From Enterobacteriaceae endosymbiont of Donacia provostii (lineage in GTDB: Bacteria; Pseudomonadota; Gammaproteobacteria; Enterobacterales; Enterobacteriaceae), in the NCBI RefSeq assembly GCF_012570145.1, contig NZ_CP046206.1, forward strand, positions 393,803 to 425,802: DNA of 32,000 nucleotides. Reading direction: 5' to 3'. Position 1 is the stretch's first letter; each line of letters opens with the position of its first letter. The position numbers and the translations under genes are program-made. The notes under the pieces are model-generated. The model did no database searches, was not told where the DNA came from, and worked only from the letters and a program-made list of their open reading frames with translations. Of this stretch, positions 6,924 through 16,163 are shown in pieces.

Positions 6924-9206
6924 ATGAAAAAAAATTTTTTTGTTACTAAAAGAAATAAATGTATAGAATTAATAAATATGAATAAAATAAATATTCTATT
7001 AGCTTATGCTGCTAAAAATTTACAAAATATATCTTTTATACAAATAAAAAAACAATTATTTTTACAATTATATAATAAAATTAATACAGTAAAAATTCAT
7101 AATATTATAATTAAAATAACAGCAGATTTGATTTCAGAAAAAAATCCAGATTATCAATATATGGCTGCTAGATTAGCTATATCTCTTTTAAGGAAAGAAG
7201 CTTATGGAACATTTCATCCTCCAACATTATACAATCATGTAAAAAAAATGATTTTTTTAAAAAAATATGACAAATTACTTTTACAAAAATATAATAAAAA
7301 GGATTTTTTAATTATGGAAAAATTTCTTGATCATAATCGTGATATGAAGTTTTCATATGCAGCAGTAAAACAATTAGAAGGAAAATATTTAATAAAAGAT
7401 AGAGTCACTGGTAAAATTTATGAAAGTGCTCAGTTTTTATATATATTAATTTCAGCTTGTTTATTTTCTGAATATCCTATAAATAAAAGAATTTATTATA
7501 TTAAACATTTTTATGATGCTATATCTACTTTTAAAATATCTTTACCCACACCTATTATGTCTGGTGTACGTACTTTAACAAAACAATTTAGTTCATGTAT
7601 TTTAATAGAATGTGGTGATAATATTGATTCTATTAATGCTACAACTAGTAGTATAGTAAAATATGTATCTCAAAAGGCAGGAATAGGTATTAATGTAGGA
7701 CGTATACGTGCCTTAGGTAGTCCAATTCGAAATGGAGAAGCATTACATACTGGATGTATTCCTTTTTATAAACATTTTCAAACTGCTATTAAATCATGTT
7801 CTCAAGGAGGTGTTAGAGGAGGAGCAGGTACATTATTTTATCCTTTATGGCATTTAGAAATAAAAAATTTATTAGTATTAAAAAATAATAGAGGAGTAGA
7901 AAATAATAGAGTAAGACATCTTGATTACTGTGTACAAATTAATAAATTATTATATCAACGTTTAATTAATGGAGAAAATATTACTTTATTTAGTCCTTCA
8001 GATGTTCCTGGTTTGTATGAATATTTTTTTTCAGACCAAAAAAAATTTAGTAATCTTTACAAAAAATATGAAAAAAATAATAAAATTAGAAAAAAAATTA
8101 TTAGTGCTTTGAATTTATTTACATTAATGATGCATGAACGTACTTCAACAGGTAGAATATATATTCAAAATGTTGATCACTGTAATACACATTCTGCTTT
8201 TAATCCTAAAATATCTCCAATAAGACAATCAAATCTTTGTTTAGAAATTACTTTACCTACTAAAACACTAAATAATATTAATGATCCTAATGGAGAAATA
8301 GGATTATGTACTTTAGCAGCATTTAATTTAGGAAAAATTAAAAATTTATATGAAATTAAAAATTTATCTGATTTAATTGTAAGAGCATTAAATTGTTTAT
8401 TAGATTATCAAAAATATTTAATTCCTGCTGCTAAAAATTCAGCTTTAGGGAGAAGACCTTTAGGTATAGGAGTTATTAATTTTGCTTATTATTTAGCAAA
8501 AAATAATGTTCGTTATTCTGATAATAGTGCAAATAATTTAACACATAGAACATTTGAAACAATACAATATTATTTGTTAAAGGCTTCTAATAAATTAGCA
8601 AAAATTGAAGGTTATTGTCCATTGTTTAAAGAAACAAATTATTCTAAAGGTATTCTACCTATAGATACATATAAAAAATATGTTGACCAAATACATACAG
8701 AAAAACTACATTATAATTGGGAAAAATTAAGAAATAATATAAAAAAATATGGATTACGTAATTCTACATTGTCAGCTATTATGCCTTCTGAAACTTCTTC
8801 TCAAATATCTAATGCTACTAATGGTATAGAACCTCCCAGAGGATTTGTTAGTATTAAAGCTTCTAAAAATGGTATTTTAAAACAAGTAGTACCCGAATTT
8901 TTAAAATTAAAAGAAAAATATGAATTGTTATGGGAAATTCCAAATAATCAAGGATATTTAAATTTAATAGGTATAATACAAAAATTTATTGATCAATCTA
9001 TTTCATCAAATATGAATTATGATCCTACTCGTTTTAAAAAAAATAAAATACCAATGAAACAATTATTATATGATGTATTAATTTCTTATAGATTAGGAAT
9101 AAAAACATTGTATTATCAAAACACTAGAGATGGAGCTAATTATATCAATGATGATAATATTATAAAAGAAAATGATATATGTTTAAATGGTTCTTGTATA
9201 ATTTAA
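6924..9206 (+). CDS. nrdA: Ribonucleoside-diphosphate reductase class Ia, alpha subunit
   Basis: 760 aa (E. coli NrdA is 761). There are long near-identical blocks, such as DMKFSYAAVKQLEGKYL, FKISLPTPIMSGVRT, QFSSCILIECGD, GIGINVGRIRALGSPIRNGEALHTGCIPFYKHFQ, SCSQGGVRGGAGTLF, NLCLEI, SETSSQISNATNGIEPPRG and the C-terminal Cys pair CLNGSCII. An AAAGG SD lies 10 nt upstream. Confidence 0.98.
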   Translation: MKKNFFVTKRNKCIELINMNKINILLAYAAKNLQNISFIQIKKQLFLQLYNKINTVKIHNIIIKITADLISEKNPDYQYMAARLAISLLRKEAYGTFHPPTLYNHVKKMIFLKKYDKLLLQKYNKKDFLIMEKFLDHNRDMKFSYAAVKQLEGKYLIKDRVTGKIYESAQFLYILISACLFSEYPINKRIYYIKHFYDAISTFKISLPTPIMSGVRTLTKQFSSCILIECGDNIDSINATTSSIVKYVSQKAGIGINVGRIRALGSPIRNGEALHTGCIPFYKHFQTAIKSCSQGGVRGGAGTLFYPLWHLEIKNLLVLKNNRGVENNRVRHLDYCVQINKLLYQRLINGENITLFSPSDVPGLYEYFFSDQKKFSNLYKKYEKNNKIRKKIISALNLFTLMMHERTSTGRIYIQNVDHCNTHSAFNPKISPIRQSNLCLEITLPTKTLNNINDPNGEIGLCTLAAFNLGKIKNLYEIKNLSDLIVRALNCLLDYQKYLIPAAKNSALGRRPLGIGVINFAYYLAKNNVRYSDNSANNLTHRTFETIQYYLLKASNKLAKIEGYCPLFKETNYSKGILPIDTYKKYVDQIHTEKLHYNWEKLRNNIKKYGLRNSTLSAIMPSETSSQISNATNGIEPPRGFVSIKASKNGILKQVVPEFLKLKEKYELLWEIPNNQGYLNLIGIIQKFIDQSISSNMNYDPTRFKKNKIPMKQLLYDVLISYRLGIKTLYYQNTRDGANYINDDNIIKENDICLNGSCII

Positions 9207-9239
9207 TTTTTAAATAATTAAAATTTTTTGGATAGTAAA

Positions 9240-10370
9240 ATGAATTATACTACTTTTTCTAAAAAACCAAATAATCAATTAAAAGAACCTATGTTTTTTG
9301 GACAACCTGTAAATATTGCGCGTTATGATCAACAAAAACATCAAATTTTTGAAAAATTAATTGAAAAACAATTAAGTTTTTTTTGGAGACCAGAAGAAAT
9401 AGATATATCATATGACCGTATTAATTATAAAAACTTATCAAAAAATGAAAAACATATATTTATTAGTAATTTAAAATATCAAACTTTATTAGATTCAATT
9501 CAAGGTCGTAGTCCTAATATAGCTTTACTTCCTTTAATTTCTATTCCAGAATTAGAAACATGGGTAGAAACTTGGTCATTTTTTGAAACAATACATTCTA
9601 GATCTTATACCCATATAATTAGAAATATTGTAAATGACCCATCTATCATTTTTAATGATATTATTACTAATAATAATATTCTTCTTAGAACAAAAGATAT
9701 TATTAAATACTATGATGAACTTATTGAAATGACTAATTATTGGCATTTATTTGGTGAAGGTACCTTTTCTTTTAAGGGTAAAAAAATAAATATAAATCTA
9801 TATGATTTAAAAAAAAAATTATATTTATGTTTAATGAGTGTTAATATTTTAGAAGCTATTAGATTTTATGTTAGTTTTGCCTGTTCTTTTGCTTTTGCTG
9901 AAAGAGAATTAATGGAAGGAAATGCTAAAATTATTAGATTTATAGCACGTGATGAATATTTACATTTAAGAGGAACACAATATATAATTAATAACATGAG
10001 ACAAGGGAAAGAAGATAAAGACATGGCAAAAATTGCTATAGAATGCGAAAAACAATGTTATAAATTATTTCTAGATGCTTCTATACAGGAACAACAATGG
10101 GCTGAATATTTATTTGCTAATGGATCAATGATAGGTTTAAATAAGAATATATTGTGTCAATATATAAAATATATAACTAGTATTAGAATGGAAAAAGTAG
10201 GTCTAAAATCACCATTTAAAATTAAAAAAAATCCTCTTCCATGGATTAATTCTTGGTTAATATCTGATAATGTACAAATGGCTCCTCAAGAAGTAGAAAT
10301 AAGCTCCTATTTAATAGGACAAATAGACTCTACAGTAAAAATTAAAGAATTTAAAAATTTTAAACTTTAA
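9240..10370 (+). CDS. nrdB: Ribonucleoside-diphosphate reductase class Ia, beta subunit
   Basis: Starting at ATG 9240 gives [33 protein letters not shown], colinear with E. coli Nrd[34 protein letters not shown] (both 376 aa). The track's TTG at 9228 adds 4 unsupported residues. The iron and radical-site blocks [45 protein letters not shown] and ARDEYLHL are present. Confidence 0.97.
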   Translation: MNYTTFSKKPNNQLKEPMFFGQPVNIARYDQQKHQIFEKLIEKQLSFFWRPEEIDISYDRINYKNLSKNEKHIFISNLKYQTLLDSIQGRSPNIALLPLISIPELETWVETWSFFETIHSRSYTHIIRNIVNDPSIIFNDIITNNNILLRTKDIIKYYDELIEMTNYWHLFGEGTFSFKGKKININLYDLKKKLYLCLMSVNILEAIRFYVSFACSFAFAERELMEGNAKIIRFIARDEYLHLRGTQYIINNMRQGKEDKDMAKIAIECEKQCYKLFLDASIQEQQWAEYLFANGSMIGLNKNILCQYIKYITSIRMEKVGLKSPFKIKKNPLPWINSWLISDNVQMAPQEVEISSYLIGQIDSTVKIKEFKNFKL

Positions 10371-10378
10371 TTTTAATA

Positions 10379-10424
10379 ATATCATGACTAAAATATATTA
10401 TAAATAGTCATGATATATTTTTTT
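10379..10424 (+). terminator. Rho-independent terminator after nrdB
   Basis: 12-bp perfect stem atatcatgacta (10379-10390) / tagtcatgatat (10405-10416) with a 14-nt loop. After one unpaired A (10417) it is followed by ttttttt (10418-10424). It starts 9 nt after the nrdB stop and lies just beyond the stop of the convergent permease gene. Confidence 0.65.
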
Positions 10425-10430
10425 ATAATT

Positions 10431-11825
10431 TTAATTTAATATAATAAATAAAGCATAAATAGATAAAATTAATAAAACAAAACAAAAAATTTTTTCAATT
10501 TTACTTAAAAATAAAATTTTAGGATTTATAATCTTAGTTAATATTAAAATAATTAACCCTGGTGTATATAATATTAAAGATAATAAGAGATTTATAAATC
10601 CAGCCGCATATAATAACCAAATAGAATAAAGACAAGACCCGATACCAATAAATAAATTAAACTTATTTATTTTTTTTTTACAAGATATTTTTATTAAATA
10701 AGCCCCAACTAAAAAATATGGTACTAATATCATTTCAGATGCAATATTCAATAATTTATTATAATCAATTTTGGTTATCCAAATTAATAATAAACATATT
10801 TGCATACTAATATTAGTAAATAATAAAGCATATGATGGAGCTTTATTATTATTTTGTTTAGATAATATTATAGGAAAAATATTATTTTTAGCAGCAATCC
10901 AAGGTACTTCTGCAGCCATTATTGTCCAACTAAGATATGAACCACATACTGAAATAATTAATCCTAAAGAAGTAAAAATATTACCCCATTGACCGATTAA
11001 AACAGTCATAATACTAGCTAGAGAAGGATTTTTTATCCTAGCTAAATCTAATCTAGAAAAAATACCAAAAGGTAATAAAGTTATAAGTAAATATATAAAT
11101 AAAGCTATAATAACTGCTAATAATGTTGCTTTTCCTATGTCTTTAGTATTTTTTGCTTTATTAGAAAGAATAACAGCGCCTTCTAATCCAATAAATACCC
11201 ATAAAGTAATTAACATGGTATCTTTAATTTGTTTTAAAATTGAAACTTTTGTTTTTAAACCTAATAAATCTAAACTAAATATTTTATAATTAAAAACTAT
11301 ACAAGATAAAATTACAAAAACAATTAAAGGTATTAATTTACATAATGTAGTAATGATATTAATTTTAGAAGCAGTTTGTGTTCCTTTTAATAATAAAAAA
11401 TGTATAATCCATAATAATATGGAAGATCCTAAAATCGATATCCATGTATTTCCAGAACCAAAAATTATATGATTTGAACTATCAAATAAAAGACCCATTG
11501 CAGAAAATAAGATGACTAAATAAGAAACGTTAGCAATAATAGCACATAACCAATACCCCCAGGTAGAATAAAAACATATTAAATTACCAAATCCATTTTT
11601 AGCATAAGCAAAAATACCTCCTTGTAAATTAGGTTCTAATTTATTAAGTAATAATAAAGAAGTTGCTAAAAAAATTATACCGATACCAGTTATACACCAA
11701 CCTATTATGAGAGCTAAAGGACTTGCAATTAGAGCCATATTTTGAGGTAGACTAAATACTCCTGCACCTAACATTGAACTTAATACTAATGATATTAATG
11801 CTGTTAAATTTAATTTTTTATTCAA
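10431..11825 (-). CDS. arcD: APC-family amino-acid antiporter, ArcD/YdgI-like (putative arginine:ornithine antiporter)
   Basis: 464 aa, strongly hydrophobic and multi-pass. LTALISLVLSSMLGAGVFSLPQNMA, GGIFAYAKNGFG, WGYWLCAIIANVSYLVI, DTMLITLWVFIGLEGAVILS, GKATLLAV, YLSWTIMAAEVP and IASEMILVPYFLVGAY closely follow E. coli YdgI/ArcD as I recall it. Substrate specificity is inferred by homology only. Confidence 0.8.
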   Translation of the reverse strand: MNKKLNLTALISLVLSSMLGAGVFSLPQNMALIASPLALIIGWCITGIGIIFLATSLLLLNKLEPNLQGGIFAYAKNGFGNLICFYSTWGYWLCAIIANVSYLVILFSAMGLLFDSSNHIIFGSGNTWISILGSSILLWIIHFLLLKGTQTASKINIITTLCKLIPLIVFVILSCIVFNYKIFSLDLLGLKTKVSILKQIKDTMLITLWVFIGLEGAVILSNKAKNTKDIGKATLLAVIIALFIYLLITLLPFGIFSRLDLARIKNPSLASIMTVLIGQWGNIFTSLGLIISVCGSYLSWTIMAAEVPWIAAKNNIFPIILSKQNNNKAPSYALLFTNISMQICLLLIWITKIDYNKLLNIASEMILVPYFLVGAYLIKISCKKKINKFNLFIGIGSCLYSIWLLYAAGFINLLLSLILYTPGLIILILTKIINPKILFLSKIEKIFCFVLLILSIYALFIILN

Positions 11826-11908
11826 AATAATTACCTTATTTATTTTAATAAATAATTTTTTAATTTATATAAATATAATGATATTTAATTATAATTTATT
11901 TATATATT

Positions 11909-12658
11909 TTATATTGGATTATATATATCTATAAAATGAGTTTGTAATTTAAATTTTTTTTTTAACCATTTACTTAACATGATAACTCCACCTTTTTCTG
12001 TTGCATGATGTCCTGCACTAATAAAATGAATTTTATTTTCATTAGAAATATGTAAATTCATTTCCGATACTTCTCCTGTTAAAAAAACATCAATATCAAA
12101 ATTTAGTACTTGTTCAAAAAATTTCTGTCCTGCCCCACTACACCAAGCTATTTTATAAATTTTTTTAGGTGCATTTTTACCAAAATGTAATGGAATTCTA
12201 TTTAATTTAATTTTTATTTTTTTCAAAAAATCTTTAATATTTATTTTTTTTTTTAAAAATCCATAAAATATAAAAGGATTAATTTTACCTTTTATATTTA
12301 TATCTAAAATTTTAGCTAAATAAATATTATTACTTATTTTTTCATTAATATCTAAAGGAATATGCCAGCTATATAAATTAATATTATTATTTAATAATGT
12401 ATATATTCTTTTTTTTTTAAATCCTTTAATAATTGGAGATTCATTATTCCAAAAATATCCATGATGTACAATAACAGCATCTGTTTTAAATTTTACTGCA
12501 ATATTTAATAATTGTTGACAAGCACTTACTCCAAGTATAATATTTTTTATATATTTTTTACCTTCTATTTGTAAACCGTTAGGAATATAATCTTTTATAT
12601 TTAAATTATTTTTTAATTTATTATTAATTATTTTTTCTAATATTATATTTTTTATCAT
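11909..12658 (-). CDS. ybgI: NIF3-family dinuclear metal-centre protein (GTP cyclohydrolase 1 type 2 homologue) YbgI
   Basis: 249 aa. DYIPNGLQIEGK, DAVIVHHGYFWNNESPIIKG, INLYSWHIPLD, IAWCSGAGQ, FLTGEVSE, AGHHATEKGG and FIDIYNP parallel E. coli YbgI (DYAPNGLQVEGK, DAVIVHHGYFWKGESPVIRG, INLYGWHLPLD, AGHHATERGG, FIDIPNP). Confidence 0.92.
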   Translation of the reverse strand: MIKNIILEKIINNKLKNNLNIKDYIPNGLQIEGKKYIKNIILGVSACQQLLNIAVKFKTDAVIVHHGYFWNNESPIIKGFKKKRIYTLLNNNINLYSWHIPLDINEKISNNIYLAKILDINIKGKINPFIFYGFLKKKINIKDFLKKIKIKLNRIPLHFGKNAPKKIYKIAWCSGAGQKFFEQVLNFDIDVFLTGEVSEMNLHISNENKIHFISAGHHATEKGGVIMLSKWLKKKFKLQTHFIDIYNPI

Positions 12659-12812
12659 ATTAATTACATTTTTTATTTAAATATATAAATATTTATATTT
12701 TATATAATTAAATACTTTTTTAAAAAAATATATATTAAATTTTAATTTTAAAAAATATTTATATATAGAAATATTTTATGTTTTATTTTAAAAATATATA
12801 TAAGGAATTTTT

Positions 12813-14174
12813 ATGTTTAAAAATTTAAGTAATCAATTATCTAAAACATTATCAAAAATTAGAAATTATGGACGTTTAACAGAACAAAATATAAAAGAAA
12901 CTTTAGATAAAATTTTTAATAATTTATTAGAAGCAGATGTTTCTTTAAAAGTTATTAAAAAATTTATTCAAAATATTAAAAAAGATGCTGTTGGTAAAAA
13001 AATTAATAATAATTTTACTCCAGGACAAGAATTTATAAAAATAGTATATAAAAATTTAATTAAAATTATGGATTCTTCTAATAAGAATATTAATATTGCT
13101 ATTCAACCACCTGCTGTAATTTTATTTATTGGATTACAAGGAGTAGGAAAAACAACAAGTGTAATAAAATTAGCATACTTTTTAAAAAAAAAATATAAAA
13201 AAAAAATTGTTGTTATATCAACAGATATATATAGACCTGCTGCAATGAAACAATTACAAATTTTAGCAAATAATATGAAAATTGATTATCTAAATATAGA
13301 TAATAAATATTCTCCTCAAGAAATATCTAAAAAAGCATTATTTTATGCGAAAAAACATTTTTATGATATATTAATAGTAGACACTGCAGGAAGATTACAT
13401 ATAGACAATTCTATGATGAATGAAATAAAAGATATTCATAATATATTATCTCCTATAGAAACTATTTTTACTGTTGATGCTATGACAGGACAAGATTCTA
13501 TTAATAGTGCTAAAAAATTTAATGATCTTTTACCTATTACTGGTATTTTTTTAACTAAAACTGATAGTGATACTAGAGGAGGTGCTATTTTATCTGTAAA
13601 ATATATAATAAAAAAACCTATTAAATTTATTGGTACAGGAGAAAAAATAAATAATATTGAAATATTTTCTCCTAAAATAATTGCTTCTAAAATTTTAGGT
13701 ATGTCTTCTGAATTATCTATTATTAATGAGATTAAAAAAAAAATTAATTTTCAAAAAAATAAAAATTTCATAAAAAAATTAAAAAATAAAAATGAATTAA
13801 ATTTTCAAAATTTCTTAGAACAAATAGAACAAATTCAAACAATAGGTAGTAAAAATATTATTAATTTTTTAGATAAAATTAAAATAAATAATATTAAAAA
13901 TTTTTCTAATCCTATTTTAAGTATTTTAAATATTGATAATGATACTATAAAACATACAAAAGCAATAATAAATTCTATGACTATATTTGAAAAAAATAAT
14001 ATTGATATAATTAATTTTTCTAGAAAAAAAAGAATATCTTTAGGATCAGGAGTTCCTATTTATAGGATTAATGTTATACTTAAACAATATAATCAAATGA
14101 AATTAATTACTAAAAAAATGAAAAAAAATCATAATTTTAGTAAAATAATTAAATATGTAAAAAATTTATTTTAA
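12813..14174 (+). CDS. ffh: Signal recognition particle protein Ffh
   Basis: 453 aa, the same length as E. coli Ffh. N-terminal MFKNLSNQLSKTLSKIRNYGRLTEQNIKETL. GTPase motifs GLQGVGKTT, DTAGR and TKTDSDTRGG. 4.5S-RNA-binding motif SRKKRISLGSG. It sits upstream of rpsP-rimM-trmD-rplS, as in E. coli. Confidence 0.96.
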   Translation: MFKNLSNQLSKTLSKIRNYGRLTEQNIKETLDKIFNNLLEADVSLKVIKKFIQNIKKDAVGKKINNNFTPGQEFIKIVYKNLIKIMDSSNKNINIAIQPPAVILFIGLQGVGKTTSVIKLAYFLKKKYKKKIVVISTDIYRPAAMKQLQILANNMKIDYLNIDNKYSPQEISKKALFYAKKHFYDILIVDTAGRLHIDNSMMNEIKDIHNILSPIETIFTVDAMTGQDSINSAKKFNDLLPITGIFLTKTDSDTRGGAILSVKYIIKKPIKFIGTGEKINNIEIFSPKIIASKILGMSSELSIINEIKKKINFQKNKNFIKKLKNKNELNFQNFLEQIEQIQTIGSKNIINFLDKIKINNIKNFSNPILSILNIDNDTIKHTKAIINSMTIFEKNNIDIINFSRKKRISLGSGVPIYRINVILKQYNQMKLITKKMKKNHNFSKIIKYVKNLF

Positions 14175-14200
14175 TTTAAAAAATATGGAGTAGTAAAAAT

Positions 14201-14425
14201 ATGGTTAAAATAAGATTATCTAGAAAAGGTGTTAAAAAAAAACCTTTTTATCAAATTATTGTTACAGATAGTAGAAATTCTAGAGATGGACGTTTTATAG
14301 AAAAGTTAGGTTATTTTGATCCTTTAAATTTAAATAAAAAATTACAATTTGATAAAAATAGAATAGAATTTTGGTTATCTAAAGGAGCTACTCTCTCTAA
14401 AAGAGTACATAACTTAATAAAATAA
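14201..14425 (+). CDS. rpsP: 30S ribosomal protein S16
   Basis: 74 aa. [41 protein letters not shown] matches E. coli S16 ([41 protein letters not shown]). A GGAG SD is upstream. Confidence 0.96.
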   Translation: MVKIRLSRKGVKKKPFYQIIVTDSRNSRDGRFIEKLGYFDPLNLNKKLQFDKNRIEFWLSKGATLSKRVHNLIK

Positions 14426-14451
14426 TTAAATATATTTATTTAAATAAATAT

Positions 14452-14970
14452 ATGTTAAAAAAAAAAATTCTTTTAGGACAATTTGGTAAATTTTTTGGTA
14501 TAAAAGGATGGATTAAATTATATTCTTTTACTCAAAATAAAAAAGATATTTTTTTATATAAAAAAATATTTATATTAAATAATATAAATAATATTTTTTT
14601 TATAAAATTTTTTAAATATAAAATATATAAAAAAAATTATATTGTTAAATTTAATAATTTTAATAATATTAATGAAATTTCTCATTTAATTAATAAAAAA
14701 ATATTTATCTCATATAGTGAATTAAAAAAATATAAAAACATAAAAGAATATTATTGGTATGAAATAATTGGATGTTATGTATTTAATCAAAATTTTTTAT
14801 TAGGTAAAGTTACTAATTTAATTAGTTTAAAAATATATGATATTTTAATTATTAAAACAAATTTATTAAAAGTACATAAAAAAAAAATTTTAATTCCCTT
14901 TATTGAAAATTATATTATTAAAAAAATAGATTTAAATAATAAATTTATTCAAGTAGACTGGAACTTATAA
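14452..14970 (+). CDS. rimM: 16S rRNA processing protein RimM
   Basis: 172 aa. It shows GKFFGIKGWIKLYSFT (E. coli GSSYGIRGWLRVFSST), EYYWYEIIGC (E. coli DYYWKDLMGC), ILIPFIENYIIKKIDL and IQVDWNL. Its position between rpsP and trmD is conserved. Confidence 0.88.
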   Translation: MLKKKILLGQFGKFFGIKGWIKLYSFTQNKKDIFLYKKIFILNNINNIFFIKFFKYKIYKKNYIVKFNNFNNINEISHLINKKIFISYSELKKYKNIKEYYWYEIIGCYVFNQNFLLGKVTNLISLKIYDILIIKTNLLKVHKKKILIPFIENYIIKKIDLNNKFIQVDWNL

Positions 14971-14994
14971 CATTTCAAATAAAATAATTAAAAT

Positions 14995-15756
14995 ATGTGG
15001 ATTAGTATAATTAGTTTATTTCCTAATATATTTAAAGAAATTATAAAATATGGATTAATTAATAAAAGTATAAAAAAAAAACTGTTAAATATTAGTTTTT
15101 TTAATCCTAGAGATTTTATTCAAAATAAAAATCGTAAAGTTGATTCTTTAATTTATGGAGGTGGAGGTGGAGTTATATTAAAAGCAGAACCCTTAATAAG
15201 GGCTATTAATCAAGCAAAATTAAAAATGAAAAAAGATAATATAAAAATTATTTTTTTATCTCCTCAAGGTCAAAAATTAAATGTATCTTGTATTAAAAAA
15301 TTATTGTCATATAAAAATATGATTTTTATTTGTGGTAGATATAAAGGTATAGATGAACGTGTTATTAATAATTTTGTAGATGAAGAAATTTCAATAGGAG
15401 ATTATATTCTTAGTGGGGGTGAATTACCAGCTATGGTTTTAATAGATGTTTTAGTAAGAAATATTCCTGGTGTATTAAATACAATATCATCATGTACAAC
15501 AGATTCTTTTTTTAATAATGGTTTATTAGGATTTCCTAATTATACTAAACCTAAAATATTAAAAAATTTAAAAAATAATCATGTTCCTAAAGTTTTAATT
15601 TCAGGAAATCATAAAAAAATAGAAGAATGGAGATTAAAACAATCATTAGGAATAACTTGGTTAAAAAGACCAGATTTATTAAAAAAAAAAAAATTGACAA
15701 AACAAGAAAAATTATTGTTTAATAAATTTAAACATTCTTATTTAAAAAATAAATAA
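14995..15756 (+). CDS. trmD: tRNA (guanine37-N1)-methyltransferase TrmD
   Basis: 253 aa. [92 protein letters not shown] are all TrmD signatures. Confidence 0.96.
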   Translation: MWISIISLFPNIFKEIIKYGLINKSIKKKLLNISFFNPRDFIQNKNRKVDSLIYGGGGGVILKAEPLIRAINQAKLKMKKDNIKIIFLSPQGQKLNVSCIKKLLSYKNMIFICGRYKGIDERVINNFVDEEISIGDYILSGGELPAMVLIDVLVRNIPGVLNTISSCTTDSFFNNGLLGFPNYTKPKILKNLKNNHVPKVLISGNHKKIEEWRLKQSLGITWLKRPDLLKKKKLTKQEKLLFNKFKHSYLKNK

Positions 15757-15773
15757 TTTTAAAGAAAAAAATA

Positions 15774-16130
15774 ATGAATAATATTATTAATTATGTTGAA
15801 CAACAACAAAAAAAAAATTATCAAAAATTTCCATTATTTAGAACTGGAGATACATTAGAAATTTATATTTGGGTTGTAGAAAATACAAAAAAAAGAATAC
15901 AAATTTTTGAAGGTATTGTTATTTCAATTACTAAAAAAAAAAGTTTTAATTGTTCTTTTACTATTAGAAAATTATCAAATGGTATTGGAATAGAACGTGT
16001 TTTTTCTTTATATTCTAAAATAATTCATAATATTAAAATAAAAAAAAGAGGATGTGTAAGAAAAGCAAAATTATATTACTTACGTAATTTAATAGGTAAA
16101 TCTGCACGTATTAAAGAACGTTTAATTTAA
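15774..16130 (+). CDS. rplS: 50S ribosomal protein L19
   Basis: 118 aa. [30 protein letters not shown]...[14 protein letters not shown]...[15 protein letters not shown] parallels E. coli L19 ([30 protein letters not shown]...VRKISNGEGVERVF...[14 protein letters not shown]). Confidence 0.96.
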   Translation: MNNIINYVEQQQKKNYQKFPLFRTGDTLEIYIWVVENTKKRIQIFEGIVISITKKKSFNCSFTIRKLSNGIGIERVFSLYSKIIHNIKIKKRGCVRKAKLYYLRNLIGKSARIKERLI

Positions 16131-16163
16131 AATATATTTTTTTATAAATCTATTAAATAATAG

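Noticed and set aside
9228-9239. TTG start for nrdB proposed by the ORF track (MDSK extension)
   Set aside because: Starting at ATG 9240 gives MNYTTF..., exactly colinear with E. coli NrdB (MAYTTF...) and the same 376-aa length. The 4 extra codons have no homologous counterpart.
10771-10992. 73-aa ORF on the plus strand inside the permease gene
   Set aside because: It lies entirely antisense within a well-supported, strongly conserved CDS (arcD/ydgI-like). It has low-complexity composition, no SD and no recognisable similarity. Such shadow ORFs are expected in A+T-rich sequence.
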